The position numbers and the translations under genes were made by a program. 64,000 bases of DNA. It comes from Squalus acanthias. Lineage: Eukaryota. This document shows positions 44,526-57,766 of the stretch, one piece after another. The notes beneath the pieces are model-generated. The model was not told the DNA's origin. It saw only the letters and a program-made list of their open reading frames with translations, and did no database searches. The stretch spans positions 38,008,001 through 38,072,000 of the forward strand of contig CM059432.1 in the NCBI GenBank assembly GCA_030390025.1, given 5' to 3'. Every line of letters begins with the position of its first letter. Positions within the stretch are counted from its first letter, which is position 1.

Positions 44526-47234
44526 GGGGGAAAAATTCAGTAACTTAGCGCCTCCCATTAGCGCCTGCAGATGGCGGTAACGGAGCGCTGATGCAATAGC
44601 GTCGGGGCAAGGCGAATCCAGCGCCGCACGGCAAATCCGCCCCCCCCCAATTGCGCCCCCAGTACGAGGTACTGTCCAGGACTTCAATGCCAGGCAGATC
44701 GTGACGTGACAGGGAGTGGTGCTGAAAGTGGAGAAGGCCTTGCTTCTGAATTCAAGAGTTCTACTCCGACCACTTGCTCACAATCACGGGGGCTCTACTT
44801 GCAGTCTCCCTTGAGCTGCAGCATGACAGGGAGATGGAGCAGAGGCAGCAAAGAAGAGAACAAACTGCTCGCAGAGGGAGGAGGAGGGGCAGGAGGGCTC
44901 TCGGCAGGAGGCCTTACCCCACCTAGGGTCTTCTGAGAGCACTTCTCCTACCCGCACTTAAGCCAGGAGCAGTGCATTCGGAGGCTCCACTTCACCGTGG
45001 AGGTGGTCACAGAACTCTGCCACCTCTTGGAGCCAGATCTGCAGCCTCAGAGCAGGGCGTAGACGGATCTGTCAGTAGCTCTCAAGGTGACTGTCGTGCC
45101 GAATTTTTTTGCCACAGGATCCTTCCAGTTTGGAGCAGGCGAAATAGCCAACAAATCCCAGTTCACCATCCATCGCTGCGTCCGGGAGGTCACAGAGGCT
45201 CTGTACTCCAGGAGAAGGGACTTCATTGTCTACTCTCTGAACAGAGAGAAGCAGAAGGAGTGCGCATGTGGCTTTGCCAGGATATCGGGCATCCCATGGT
45301 GCAGGGCACCATCAACTGCACACATGAGGCTTTGCGGGCGCTGCATATCAATCCTGAGATGTACCATAACCGCAAAGGCTACCAATCACTTAATGTGCAG
45401 TTGGTGTGTGACCACGCCCAGCACATCCTGATGGTCAATGCCCGCTATCCTGGAAGCAGTCATGATGCCTTCATCCTGTGCCAGTCCGGTGTGCCAGCAA
45501 TCTTCCAGCCACCATGTCGAACCCGAGGGTAGCTGCTTGGAAACAAGGGCTATCTGCTCTATACCTGGCTGATGACTTCCCTCCGCAACCCCACCATTCA
45601 TGACCAGCACTCATATAATGCGAGCCATGCTGCCACGAGGAGCCTCAATGAGCAGACCCTTCTGAAGCAATGGTTCCACTGTCTTGACGGCTCGGGAGGA
45701 GCCCTCCAGTACACACCAGAGTGGGTGTTCCATTTCGTGGTGGTCTGCTGCATCCTCCACAGCTTGGCCATCATGAGGGTGCAGCCCTTGCCAACATGGG
45801 ATCCACAACTACCTCAGGAGGAGGAGGAGAAGGAGGAAGGGAGGAGGCAGGCAGCAAATACCCATTTTGGACAGGCTATGCTTGAGTGCCTCATCAGACT
45901 CTGGTTCCAATGAATGAAACCCCAGATCCCTGTAGCACAACACTTCCCCATCTTACCATCCCTCTGTCATGAAACATCACAGTGTCCTCTTGGGCACAAA
46001 GCTGAAATGAAAGCCACCACAAAACAAACATTCCAAACATAATTTCTAAATGATTTAATCCAATACTACATAACAACGTCAACTAATCACCGTTATGCAT
46101 TCCTTTTGTGTCTGTCTTTTGTGTTTCTTTGCCTATTCTAGTGCTCCTACGCAGTGCTACCCCAGTGGCTGCAGCATGGCTGGCAGAAGGCTGCTGGCTT
46201 TCTGTGGGGGACACAGCAGATGGCCTTGCAGGACGACCTCGAGCAGCTCTGGACCTAGAAGGCCCAGCTGTAGACTGCACCACCTCGGCATGGGCGGCAG
46301 CGATCTGAACTAGGCAGCAGCAAGGGCACTGGCGGAGTGGCAGTGGTGGGAGTGCAAATGCTGTCTTCCTGAGAGAACGTTCTTGCTCCACGGAGCCACT
46401 GCCACTCCCCCGGGGTGGCGCCTCAGCATTCCTAGCCATCTGTTGGAGGACAGATTGCTGGACTGCTGTGAGACCCTGAAAGCCCCTTCCCACATTTGTA
46501 AACGCAGCCACGATGGCAGCAGTCTTGGGTGGCAGCAAGCTGAGTCTGCATGACAGAAGTCTGAGCTTCCACTGCAGCACTCAGACGTTGGGTCGCTTCA
46601 GCTTCTGCTGCAATGGAAGCTGCAACATCACCCATCACACCCAGTATCATGGCTGGGTCCACAAGTGCTCTAATGGAGTTGCCCATCACTTCCATCCTGG
46701 AAATCATGGGCTCTAAGCTCAGCGCAAAGCCCCGTGCAAAGTTGGAGCCGGATTCCTCCATGCTCCTTGACAGTGACAAGAGACTCTCTGGCAGGCCTGC
46801 CAGTGCACCAAGCATTTTGTTGTGCATACCCATCACCCTTCTTCTGAAGGCTGCCCCATCAACGTCCTCATCTGAGTCCTGTGCAGCAGAACTCATGTAC
46901 TAACTCGCCCTCCGGGGAGCTGGCACATGAGTTACCCTTTCAGCCTGGCCTAGCTGCAGCACACTCATGCCCAGTGACTCACCACGTGCAGATCCCGCCT
47001 CTATACTACCCTCTAAAGTTCACGCAGTGGCATTTTCTGAGTTGGTGCCTGCGAGTGTCAGATCGCGTGACAGTGTCTCCTCTTCTCCATCACTCTCCTC
47101 CTCTAGTTGGTCAGGGACTGGTTGGGCTGCTGGCAGTTCTTGGGTATCTGAAAGGAAAAAGGCACAAGGGCCATGTTGTGGTGAGTGCATCGGGATCCCC
47201 GCACCCGTTTTCAGGTCTAATCCAATTTCACCCC
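44526..47234. mobile_element. Harbinger H5, truncated (transposase remnant on plus, Myb last exon on minus)
   Basis: Left [42 protein letters not shown] and YPGSSHD in shifting frames. No matching TSD on the right. Confidence 0.82.
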
Positions 47235-47624
47235 TGAATTTCCTGCCAGCCAAACATTCAAGCAGCACAGCACCCTCTACAGGGCATCTGGGATCTATGT
47301 GACAAGGGCAAACAACTGTGTATCTCCTTAACCAATCAGAATGAAGAATCGTTAATGAGCAGCACAGAGTCTGAATCAGGAAATGTCAGTTAGAATATTT
47401 AATTCAATATCAAGTCAGGTACAGAAAGTGAAATAAAGGGAGGGAAAGAAAGATTAAGAGACAAAGAAAAAGTAAAACAAAAATATTTAAATGTTTTAAT
47501 TTTTTTAAATCTCCAACAATAATTAAAATCTGAAGGAATGAGACTCCACACTTGTTAAAGTTAGTTTTCAGTGCCAGAGATGTTGTTTGGCAGTAATTGA
47601 GAATTAAGATGTGATTGCACAAGA

Positions 47625-48115
47625 GAAGATACAGAGGAGATTTATGAGAATGTTGCCAGGACTGGAGAATTTTAGCTATGAGGAAAGATTGGATAGGCTG
47701 GGGTCTTTTTCTTTGGAATACAGGAGGCTGAGGGGAGACTTGATTGAGTTGTATAAAATTATGAGGGCCTAGATAGAGTGGCTAGGAAGGACCTATTTCT
47801 CTTAGCAGAGGGATCAATAACCAGGGGGCATAGATTTAAAGCAATTGGTAGAAGGATTAGAGGGGAGTTGAGGAGAACTTTTTTCACCCAGGGGTGGTGG
47901 TGACCTGGAACTCACTGCCTGAAAGGGTGGTAGAGGCAGAAACCCTCATCACATTTAAAAAGTACTTGGACGTGCACCTGAAGTGCCGTGGCCTACAGGG
48001 CTATGGACCAAGAGCTGGAAAGTGGGATTAGGCTGGATAGCTCTTTTTCAGCCAGAACAGACACGATGGGCCGAATGGCCTACTTCTGTGCTGTAAATTT
48101 ATTTGATTCTATGAT
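47625..48115 (+). mobile_element. CR1 LINE 3' fragment
   Basis: CR1 ORF2 C-terminal sequence (RRLRGDLIELYKIM), a GGGCCGAATGGCC 3' hairpin and an ATTCTATG tail. Confidence 0.85.
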
Positions 48116-49355
48116 TTATCACTTCCACTTGAATTGACAAGCCCTAAATTTTTCTGTGAATTTAGTTCGTATCTATGAGGTAAGTACAGCAACTTCATGC
48201 CGTTCCATGTATTTGAATGGTGAGTCTCTTGGCGAGATACTATTCTCGCACAGCTTTTGGAGGAGCAGTGCATCTCCGACAGCAATGTTCTGATTTTTGT
48301 GTTTAACGGAGCATGTGTGGTCGTTGGAAGTTGCTGTCCGATTTCCACCATTATCTAAATTCAAATTGCTAGATAATTCAAAATAACTGCATTATTAGGA
48401 GTAGACTGTAATCCACCAAACTAGTCACTAGTGAATTCGTTATTCTCTCATACTTTCATGTAAAAAGATGAATGGGATGAGAATGGATCTGGCCCGGGTA
48501 AATTGGAATCAAAGATTGGCAGGCAAAACTGTAATGGAACAATGGGCTGCCTTTAAAGAGGAAATAGTTCGGGTACAGTCGAGGTACATTCCCACTAGGG
48601 GGAAAGGTAGGGCAACTAAAGTCAGAGCTATCTGGATGATAAAAGAGATAGAGAGTAAGATGAAGCAGAAAAAGAATGCATATGGCAGATGTCAGGTCGA
48701 GAATACATCTGAGAATCAGGCTAAATATAGAAAGGTCAGAGGAGAAGTGAAAAAGAAAATAAGAGGGACAAAGAGAGGGTATGAAAATAGAATGGCAGCT
48801 AACACAAAAGGTAATCCAAAAGTCTTCTATAGGCATATAAATAGTAAACGGGTAGTAAGAGGACAGGTGGGGCTGATTAGGGACCAAAAAGGAGACCTAT
48901 GCATGGAGGCAGAGGGTATGGCTGAGGTGCTAAATGAGTACTTTGCACCTGTCTTCACCAAGGAAGAAGATGCTGCCAAAGTCATAGTGAAGGAGGAGGT
49001 AGAGGAGATACTGGGTGGGGTAAAAATTAATAAAGAGGAGGTACTAGAAAGGCTGTCTGTACTTAAAGTCGATAAGTTACTAGGACCAGATGGGATGAAT
49101 CCTCGGAGGCTGAGAGAAGTGAAGGAAGAAATTGCGGAGGTACTGGCCATAATCTTCCAATCCTCCTTAGAAACGGGGGTGGTGCCAGAGGACTGGAGAA
49201 TTGCAAATGTTACACCCTTGTTCAAAAAAGGGTGTAAAGATAAACCCAGCAACTATAGGCCAGTCAGTTTAACCTCAGTAGTGGGGAAGCTTTTAGAAAC
49301 AGTAATCAGGGACAAAATTAACAGTCACTTGGACAAGTGTGGATTAATTAAGGAA

Positions 49356-49555
49356 TCGCACAACACCAGGTTATAGTCCAACAGATTTATTTAAAATTAC
49401 AAGCTTTCAGAGCTATCGCCCCTTCGTCAGGTACCTGAAGAAGGAGCGGAGCTCCGAAAGCTTGTAATTTTAAATAAATCTGTTGGACTATAACCTGGTG
49501 TTGTGCGACTTCTCATTTTTGTCCACCCCAGTCCAACGCCGGCATCTCCGCATCA
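49356..49555. mobile_element. Penelope-like palindromic insertion with back-to-back hammerhead motifs
   Basis: About 76-bp inverted arms, TSD TTAATTAAGGAA and a plus-strand UAC-CUGAAGA-A-GGAGC-GGA-GCUCC-GAAA-GCUU-GUA at 49432-49466. Confidence 0.8.
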
Positions 49556-50074
49556 TTAATTAAGGAAAGCCTGCATGGACTTGTTAAAGGCAAATCCTGT
49601 TTAACCAACTTGATCGAGTTTTTTGATGAGGTAACAGAAAGGGTTGATGAGGGTAATGCAGTTGACGTAGTGTACATAGATTTCCAAAAGGTGTTCGACA
49701 AAGTGCCACATAATAGGCTTATCAGCAAAGTTGAAGCCCATGGAATAAAAGGGACAGTAGCAGCATGGATACGAAACTGGCTAAGTGACAGGAGAGAGTA
49801 GTGGTGAATGGTTGACTTGAACTTGAGTGTACAGGGCAGAATTTCAAAATTTACAGATGACACAAATCTTGGAAGTATAGTGAACAGTGAGGAAGATAGT
49901 GATAGACTTCAAGAGGACATAGACAGGCTGGTGGAATGGGCAGACATGTGGCAGATGAAATTTAACGCAGAAAAGTGCAAAGTGATACATTTTGGTAGAA
50001 AGAATGAGGAGAGGAAATATGAACTAAAGCGTACAATCCTAAAGAGGGTGCATGAACAGAGAGACTTAGGGATA

Positions 50075-50245
50075 CAAAAAGAAAATACTGCAGATGCTAG
50101 AAATCTGAAATAAAAACAGAAAATGCTGGAGATACTCAGCAGGTCAGGCAGCATCTGTGAAGAGAGAAACAGAGTTAACGTTTCATGTCGATGACCTTTC
50201 GTCTGACGAAAGGACATCGACCTGAAACCTTAACTCTGTTTCTCT
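50075..50245. mobile_element. Second Penelope-like family insertion with terminal inversion and degenerate hammerhead
   Basis: 14-bp TSD GAGACTTAGGGATA, about 40-bp inverted arms centred near 50203, and CTGACGA...GAAA. Confidence 0.7.
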
Positions 50246-50953
50246 GAGACTTAGGGATATATGTGCACAAATTGTTGAAGGTGGTAGGGCAGGTTGAGAA
50301 AGCAGTTAAAAAAGCTTATGGGATCCTGGACTTCATGAATAGAGGTATAGAGTACAAAAACGTGGAAATTATGATGAACCTGTATAAAACACTGGTTCGG
50401 CCTCAACTGGAGTATTGTGTCCAATTCTGGGCACCGCACTTTAGAAAGGATGTGAAGGCCTTAGAGAGGGTGCAGAAAAGATTTATGAGAATGATTCCAG
50501 GGATGAGGGACTTCAGTTACGTGGATAGACTGGAGAAGCTGGGGTTGTTCTCCTTGGAGCAGAGAAGATTGAGAGGAGATTTGATAGAGGTGTTCAAAAT
50601 CATGAGCGGTCTAGACAGAGTAGATAGAGAGAAACTGTTCCCATTGGCGAAGGGGTCGAGAACCAGAGGACACAGATTTAAGGTGATTGGCAAAAGAACC
50701 AAAGGAGTCGTAAGAAAAAACTTTTACACAGCGAGTGGTTATGATCTGGAATGCACTGCCTGAAAGGGTGGTGGAGGCAGATTCAATCACGGCTTTCAAA
50801 AGGGAATTGGATAAGTACCTGAAGGAAAGAAATTTGCAGGGTTACGGGGAAAGTGCGGGGGAGTGGGATTAGTTGAGGTGCTCTTGCAGAGAGCCGGCAC
50901 GGGCTCGACGGGCCGAATGGCCTTCTTCCGTGCTGTAACCATTCTATGATGCA

Positions 50954-52194
50954 GGGCAGAATTTTTTTCAGTGCAATTCACCCAAAATTGGCCAAACCAG
51001 CGCAAAAGATCATGGAATTTCAAGCACAAATTACGTCCAGCACAAATCTAGCTTCTGTGATCTTTTGCGCTAGTTTAAAAAACATCGCGCGAGAAGCTGG
51101 CCCCGCCCACAAAACTGGCCATGCCCCCAAATCGAATTAATCACCATTGAGAGTTTCCGCTAATTGCACCCATTTGCGGGCCTTTGTGGCGGCTCTTAAA
51201 ATTAAGCTGTTTTTTAAGGTGCAAGGACACTAATAGGCACGTTTCAAAAGCTTTTGAGTATAATTTTTTAAATTTATAAGTAACTGACTACTGTACCCCA
51301 AAATAACTAGCAATGGTTCTGTATAGCTTTTTAAAGTCACTTTCAGTTATTTAAAGTTCGGTTACTCACAGGTGGTGGACTAGACACTCTGATTAAAAAT
51401 GCTTGGGAGATAAATTCGGTTGCTTTGCGCCTCCCGTTAGCGCTCTAAGAGGGCGCTAACGGGGCGCAAAGCAGCTAGCGCCCAGGCGCGGCGCTGCCAA
51501 CGCCTCCCGCGAAATTCAGCGGGAGGTTAGCAGCGGCACTAACCATTAGCGCCCCGCGGCGTTGCGCCGCCGGCGATGACGTCATCGCCATGCGCAGCGC
51601 CCCGCTCGCGACCCGGCCGCGATCTTTGGTAGCGCTCCCTGACTTACCGCCGGACGCTATGTCCAACGGGGTCAGGGGGCCTACCTGCGGCCGGGACGAC
51701 GCTATTTAATGGCGAGGTGCCGGGCGGTCATTTTTGTTGCTGGCCGCCTGCCAGCACCTGCCTCCGCTCCCATCCCCGGCCTCCTGACCCGCACCCCCAC
51801 GGAGTGCCGGCTGCGCTCCATGAGCCTGGCACTTCTCTTGAGTGCCGGACTCTTTTGCCGGCACTCCGATCCCCGGTGGCCCAGGGGCGCGACTCAATTT
51901 CTCTCCCCTTATCTTTTGCGGTAAGCCGATTTTCAGCTGCATTAATCAAACTGCTCCAAGTTACCACTCTTAACTATATCAAGGAATATTTATTAAAGCA
52001 AAACATTTTTTCAAAAAATTACTTTCTAAAACGCTGCCCGATTGCGCTGGTTCATGGCAGATTTTACGTTTGCCGATTATGCAAATGAGTTTGAGCAGTA
52101 ACTCTAGGAAAAAATAGCACTTCTCGAAACGAGCACAATGTTGGGTAATTTGCACCTGGATTGCCGATTGCACCCAAAGTGGAAACTCCAGGCC
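50954..52194. mobile_element. Degenerate Harbinger-type MITE hosting a nested MITE
   Basis: GGGCAGAATTT and AAACTCCAGGCC ends with GC-rich subterminal regions. The TSD is not preserved. Confidence 0.45.
51405..51907. mobile_element. Harbinger-type MITE related to the H3 left arm
   Basis: TIRs GGGAGATAAATT/AATTTCTCTCCC and TSD CTT. It is CpG-rich and has a subterminal hairpin. Confidence 0.82.
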
Positions 52195-53944
52195 GTGAAG
52201 TTAATCTCAAAAGGCACAAGTTATCTGAATCTCATGGGTGTAAATTTCCTCAATGCTGTTCCTGTTCCGATGCCATAAGTTTGCCGGAAGTGTGGCAGAA
52301 ACCTTGTTTACTAGGAATTTACAGCTAAAAATCGTAAATGATTACATAATTGGAATTACAAGGAGTAGTCTGTAGTGCTTAAATCATGAAATATTGCTAT
52401 GCAACGCAATGCATAAACATGATTATTTCTCAACTGAGAAACAGCTTCTCAGATTCAGAACAAGTATTGAAGCAGTCAAACAATTTTTAGAAAACATAAG
52501 GGCTAACTGTAACCCCCTCCACCAACCTAGCCTGTTGGGAATGGTGTAGGTGGAAGTGTAATATGGCTGGGGAGATTGCACCACGTTCCTGCACCCCTGC
52601 CTTTTTTTTCTTGCTTGAATTCAGGCATGGCAAGGCCAACCACCTAGACGAGTAGGGGCCTAATTTAAATGGCAGTATTCCAACCCGATGACATAATTAG
52701 GCCGCACACGCTATTTTAGCCTTGGGCCCGACTGAGTACCGCACAGTCTCAAGCCTGCCAATGAAAGCTGGTGGTAGCAAGGATCCAGGCTACAGGAGGC
52801 CCAGGTAAATGGATTTAAAACATTTTTTAAAGGTAATTTTTGGGGGCCAGGAGGAGCGGGAGTGGACCTCCCCTGGCCATTGGTGGAGCTTCAGTCGGGA
52901 TGGTTTCACAAGCCAACACGAGAGAAAGAAAGATTGCTATTGCTCCTGAAGAAGTTTGTTCTCCAGCACCAGAAAGCTTTCAGGGATTTTTCTTCCTTCT
53001 TTTGACCCTGTGAAGGGAATGGCTGAAGAAATATCATATAAATATTGTTGAAAATGAAGACTAAAATATGAATGGTAAAGTGCACAAGCACAATGTTAGT
53101 GTGCATAGTTACAGAAAGGCAAACATGTTTGGGGGTATGGGCAGCTGTGTTTTAAGATGCATGGGGTTTAGTGTCAAGACTGCATGCCTGAATTCTCTTT
53201 GCAACTCTAAATTTATAAGGGCCTCAGACTGAGCTGAAGTGTCCCAAGCCAATTTAGAGTTTGGGATTTTGTATACTTTTGTTCACAAACAGATGTTGAA
53301 TTCCTTTGAACTTACACATAACTGCAACTTCCTTTTTGCAACCGAAATACTGTACTGGGTACAAAATGTTCTGAACCTGTTTAAATATAACATTCTCAAT
53401 ACAGGAAAGTCAAAATTGATGTTTTGGTTATTTTGCCAAGAGTACCATAAGATGAGCTCAACATTGCCAATGACGTGTAGGTTTAAATACATATTTGCCT
53501 TGGCCCAGATCGGATCTTTGTCAATATAAAGTCAACATGGTTATTTATATGGATGGGGCAAAATTGTTCTCATGATGCGGGCAACACTGGCAAGGCCACA
53601 TTTATTGCCCAAAACCTAGTTTTTCTTGAGGGCATGCAATGTGGGACTGGAGTCAGACTGGGTCAGGATGGCAGGTTATCTTCCCTGAAGGACATTAGTC
53701 AACCAGTTGGATTTTTACGACAACTCGGCAAATTTCTCAGTTATTTTTTGGAACTGCCCCCAAGTTACCAAACTTGAGAATTCAATTTCATAACATGCAT
53801 AGTAGGATTTGAAATACTGTATCACCTTATTGGTAGCTCTTTACCAAAGTACCCCGAATGTTAATCAAGGATTAAATATCTATTGATGTTTTAAACCAAC
53901 ACTAGCTCATACAAATTAGTGTTAATAGTACCAAAGTACTCTTA

Positions 53945-54824
53945 GGCCACGATTTTGTCAGCGGTGTCGGGATGGGTGCGGGACAGCTGGTTTCCGGCTT
54001 CTAGTCCCGCCCCCAGCTGCTTCCGCTCCACAGATGTGGTTTTTCCTTGATTGACCTTGTTAAGCCCGCCCTGCGGGCTTGCCGGCCAATTAACAGGAAG
54101 CGGATCTGATGACATCATTTGATGACGCGTCATCTGCCGGTTTCCTTAAAGGGACCATGCACAATTTTATTTTGGCAGTTGATTTCTCAGTGTTTGACAG
54201 CATTGAGGTGCTGAAAACACTGACAATCACTGCACAAAGGTGAACTCTTGCACCCAGGCTCTCCAATGACTCCCTCCATATGCTGGAACTGATGGCAGCT
54301 GCAGGTGAGGTGACAGAAGTGATGTCACTGGTGAGAGAGGTTCTCCCAATGAGGTGGCACTGGACATACAGTTGGATTTAAACACTTGTAAGCTAAAGAA
54401 ATCTGTGAATGTTTTAAAAATGCAGTAACCAACATTTTCTTTGCTCTGAAACTCACCATATGCAACATTGGATCCTTCACACCACTTCTGCAGCTGTCAT
54501 CTTTCCACAAACATTACAGCAGACTCACAACATGCCACACTTACCTGGCGTGGTGTCTGGACGTTGGGAAACCTGACCCAGAAGTGGGAAAATCCAAAAA
54601 CAGGTTGAAAACTACTGTCAAGTACCTGTTAATAGGCAGTTAATTGCCTTTAATCTGTTTCCCACCGCTAGGTGTCGGGTCCATTCGCAAATCGGGAACT
54701 GACACTTGAGAAAGCTGTTTGGAGGCAGGTTGACGGCGGGATCGGAACCCGCCATCAATCAAATCGAATTTAACCTCTGACCCGCCTCCAAACCCGCCCT
54801 CTGAGCACTGGCAAAATCACGGCC
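53945..54824. mobile_element. Harbinger-type MITE
   Basis: TIRs GGCCACGATTTTG/CAAAATCACGGCC and TSD TTA. Confidence 0.8.
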
Positions 54825-55058
54825 TTAATGCCTGAACTGCTAACATGCATAAAGTGTGAAAACTGTTGTCTAAAATAGCAGTGGAAAGAAGAATGGATTA
54901 GTTCGGAAGTCACTTAACTATTGCATGTTGAAGGCGAAGGAAAATGTAGAAGGGAACAATTTCATTATAAGATGCTCCCACCTTTCATGTAATGTGGAAT
55001 ATCATAAACTAATTCAATAGAGATGAAACAAAAAAACTGCAACAGTTGGAAACTGTTT

Positions 55059-56116
55059 GGGCGTTATTTTGGCTAAAAGGAGAAAACAGGTGCTAAATGG
55101 CTGCTGTGCTAATAAAAAACGCCTGTTTGAAAGTCTGGGTTTAGCACACAATTTTCGGGCGAATTGTTGATTATCATGATTTCAACATGCCTGCAGGCAC
55201 TAACCAGAACCCTGTAGGTTAAGCAATCAAGTGCTGATTAGATGCAATTTTTGTGGAGCAGTATATGTGGGCTCCTCGCACCCACTTCTATGGAAGGTGT
55301 GGAGTGCTCTGACTGGCACACAGCAGCACATTGCAGGATGGCTCAGGGACCAAAGAAGAGGGTGCACAGGTTATCGGATGTGGCACTGGGGGCCCTGGTG
55401 GAGGAGGTCCAGAGAAGGAGGGATGTCCTGTACCCGCAGGGGGAAGGACGCCACCTCGCCCTCCTGTCCGTCTATCCTGCAGCAGCTGGTGCTGCTCTGC
55501 CTGGCCTCATATCCTCCCATTCCTCATCCAGACCAAGGGGGATCCCTAGCAAGATGCCCATGACCAAGCACTCCCTTTCCCCTGGTGACTCATATAAGGT
55601 GGAGCAGCACAGCACTTACCCTTTTCAGGTGAAGTCCTCAGAAAATTTCCAGAATAAATGTTGCTCGAGTGTTGGTGAAGTCTTGATTAAAGTGTCCCAG
55701 AAAGTCACCCGATGTGTTTCAGAGGTCCTCTTCACAGCTCTAGCAGCAACGACCATGAAATGGGGAGTATCCCTTTAAGTGGTGAGTATCTCTTTAAGTA
55801 GTGCTTGAAATCGACATTATCGCCGTGTTTACTCCTAAACAGCTGATCGCTGTTAGGAGAGAGCGTTAGTTGAAGCACTAGCCACCAAAATGCCGTGCAG
55901 CCTCTTTAATGAACGCTAGCAGTCATTTTAAGTGGCAGTGGCAATCAGCTGTTTAAATAACCTCTGGGCGGCCGTTCCTAGCACTGGATTCAACTCCTTT
56001 ACCAAGATAACGTCTTGCGTTAAACGCGGGCTAAACCGGCGTTTCAGTTTAAGACCCCATCTTGGCCACCTCTTTACCGCTTTAGTGCCTAAAGTATTCG
56101 GCGAAAATCGCCCCCC
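55059..56116. mobile_element. Internally deleted Harbinger with a Myb exon 1 remnant
   Basis: MAQGPKKRVHRLSDVALGALVEEVQRRRDVLYP at about 55338-55440, with GGGCGTTATTTT and AAAATCGCCCCC ends. Confidence 0.6.
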
Positions 56117-56592
56117 TACATGTTTGTAAACCTCCCACCTGTAATGAAATGTTTGTGCCCTGGATGCCAATAGATAACCAAGCGGGCAGCGGTACTCAGC
56201 TGGGGTTGTATACTTCCAGATTGGTTGATCCAATTGGTACTGGCTGCAGGAAAACATGTTGGTCTGTGGGCATCCTAATGCCTCTGTAGTGGGCAGCTTA
56301 TCTGAGCAGCTGAGAAGGGAGATCCAAAGGTAACTATCCACAGGGAGAAAAAACTGAATTTAGGATTATTCCCTATGATGTAGGACATGTTTTTAAAATT
56401 CTTTATGCATTACATGATGGGAGCACCTTATTTTGGATCTACTCTTCTCTTAGCCTTCCTACTTCTTTATGACTCAGGAATGTGGTTATGTGTACATGTA
56501 CAAAAGAAAACCTCTCCCAGACACTTAGCAATTACTACCTTGAACAGTCAATCCTTAGAGACTGGCAATGGATAAACTAATGCAGATTACTA

Positions 56593-57023
56593 CAGGAAAC
56601 TTTCGTTTATCCGGCATCGACGGGACCGGCGTGGTGCCGGTTTATCGAAAGTACCGGATAACAGAGAGTTATATCTACCGAGGCTATTTTTAACAAAGAG
56701 ACTCCAAGCAGCACGGGAGAATCTACTCATGCTACTGCAATGTTTCGGACTTGCGACAGCGCCAGGAGGCCGAGTAGTGGCACTTTTGAAAAGTACCCCT
56801 ACTGACTAAATCGGCGTTCGCGGACTCAGACTCAGACTCGGACTCGGGATCGGCAACATTGCCGGTTATTTGAGAGGATTTTTCGGAGCACTCGGCGTTC
56901 GCGGAGACTCGACTGCGACTCGGCAACATTGCCGGTTATTTGAGAGGAGTTTTCGGAGGATGATTTTTGCCGGTTAAGCGAGAATTCCGGATATTTGGGT
57001 GCCGGATAAACGAAAGTTTCCTG
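56593..57023. mobile_element. Tc1/mariner (pogo/Tigger-type) MITE
   Basis: Perfect 24-bp TIRs CAGGAAACTTTCGTTTATCCGGCA, TA TSD and an internal tandem duplication. Confidence 0.88.
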
Positions 57024-57766
57024 TATTACATTTTTAATGATTACTGAGAAAAAAGAACCGCTTATGTATTGATCAACATTTATCAAACGTAGTTTAAAGA
57101 TCCTATTACACCCACCACAGATACAATCTCTAACGGGACTTGAACCCATGACCCTGTGCCTAACAAGCGTAAAATCTTAAGTCTTCATTCATTGGACTTC
57201 CCTTCCTGTTGAAAGGAAGGTTATTTTCTTTGTGCTTTGTTCGAATTGTGCTCATCAAATTGGTAAAATGATTAACTTATAATTGCATGATTAGTCTGTG
57301 TGGCCAGGAAGTAGAGTGAGTATCACCGCTGCCCTGCAGATTTGTGATATCCTGCTAGAGATTGTATCTCTGCTGACTGCAATAGAAACTGGAACATTTG
57401 ATAGATTCTGATCAATACACAAAATTTCCCATTCACGGTATACTGATTTCTGATTGACTAATCTTAATTGTTTTGTATTGATAAAAAGTAAAGCTATCCA
57501 TCATCATTATCTGACATACATATAACTGACTACCCATGTCTTTTGCGTATCCTGACATTAATTTGTTTTTTTGCTTAATTTTTCAACTAGGTCACACTTT
57601 ATGTTAAATTTCTGCAGGTTTGATTTGTGACTGATGCTAACTCAGCTATCACATCGTTGTTCTGAACAAGGCTATTAAGAAAGTAGTCAACTTGACCACC
57701 TTAAACACAACTTCCTATCCCATTTTCTAGACTTTTCTTTCTCTTCTGATTCCCTAGAATTTAGAA

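Larger units (their letters stand above)
48468..50950 (+). mobile_element. CR1 LINE (5'-truncated) with two Penelope-like inserts
   Basis: Motifs YFAPVFTKE, NYRPVSLTSVVGK, YIDFQKVFDKVPH, KFTDDT and RPQLEYCVQFW. It is closely related to the minus-strand copy at 41471-44395. Confidence 0.9.

Noticed and set aside
52906..53030. Possible further minus-strand exon
   Set aside because: An acceptor-like site is present, but frames hit stops and no convincing donor follows.
56810..56960. Short direct repeats as a CRISPR-like array
   Set aside because: Only two imperfect units with no unique spacers, in a eukaryotic MITE interior.
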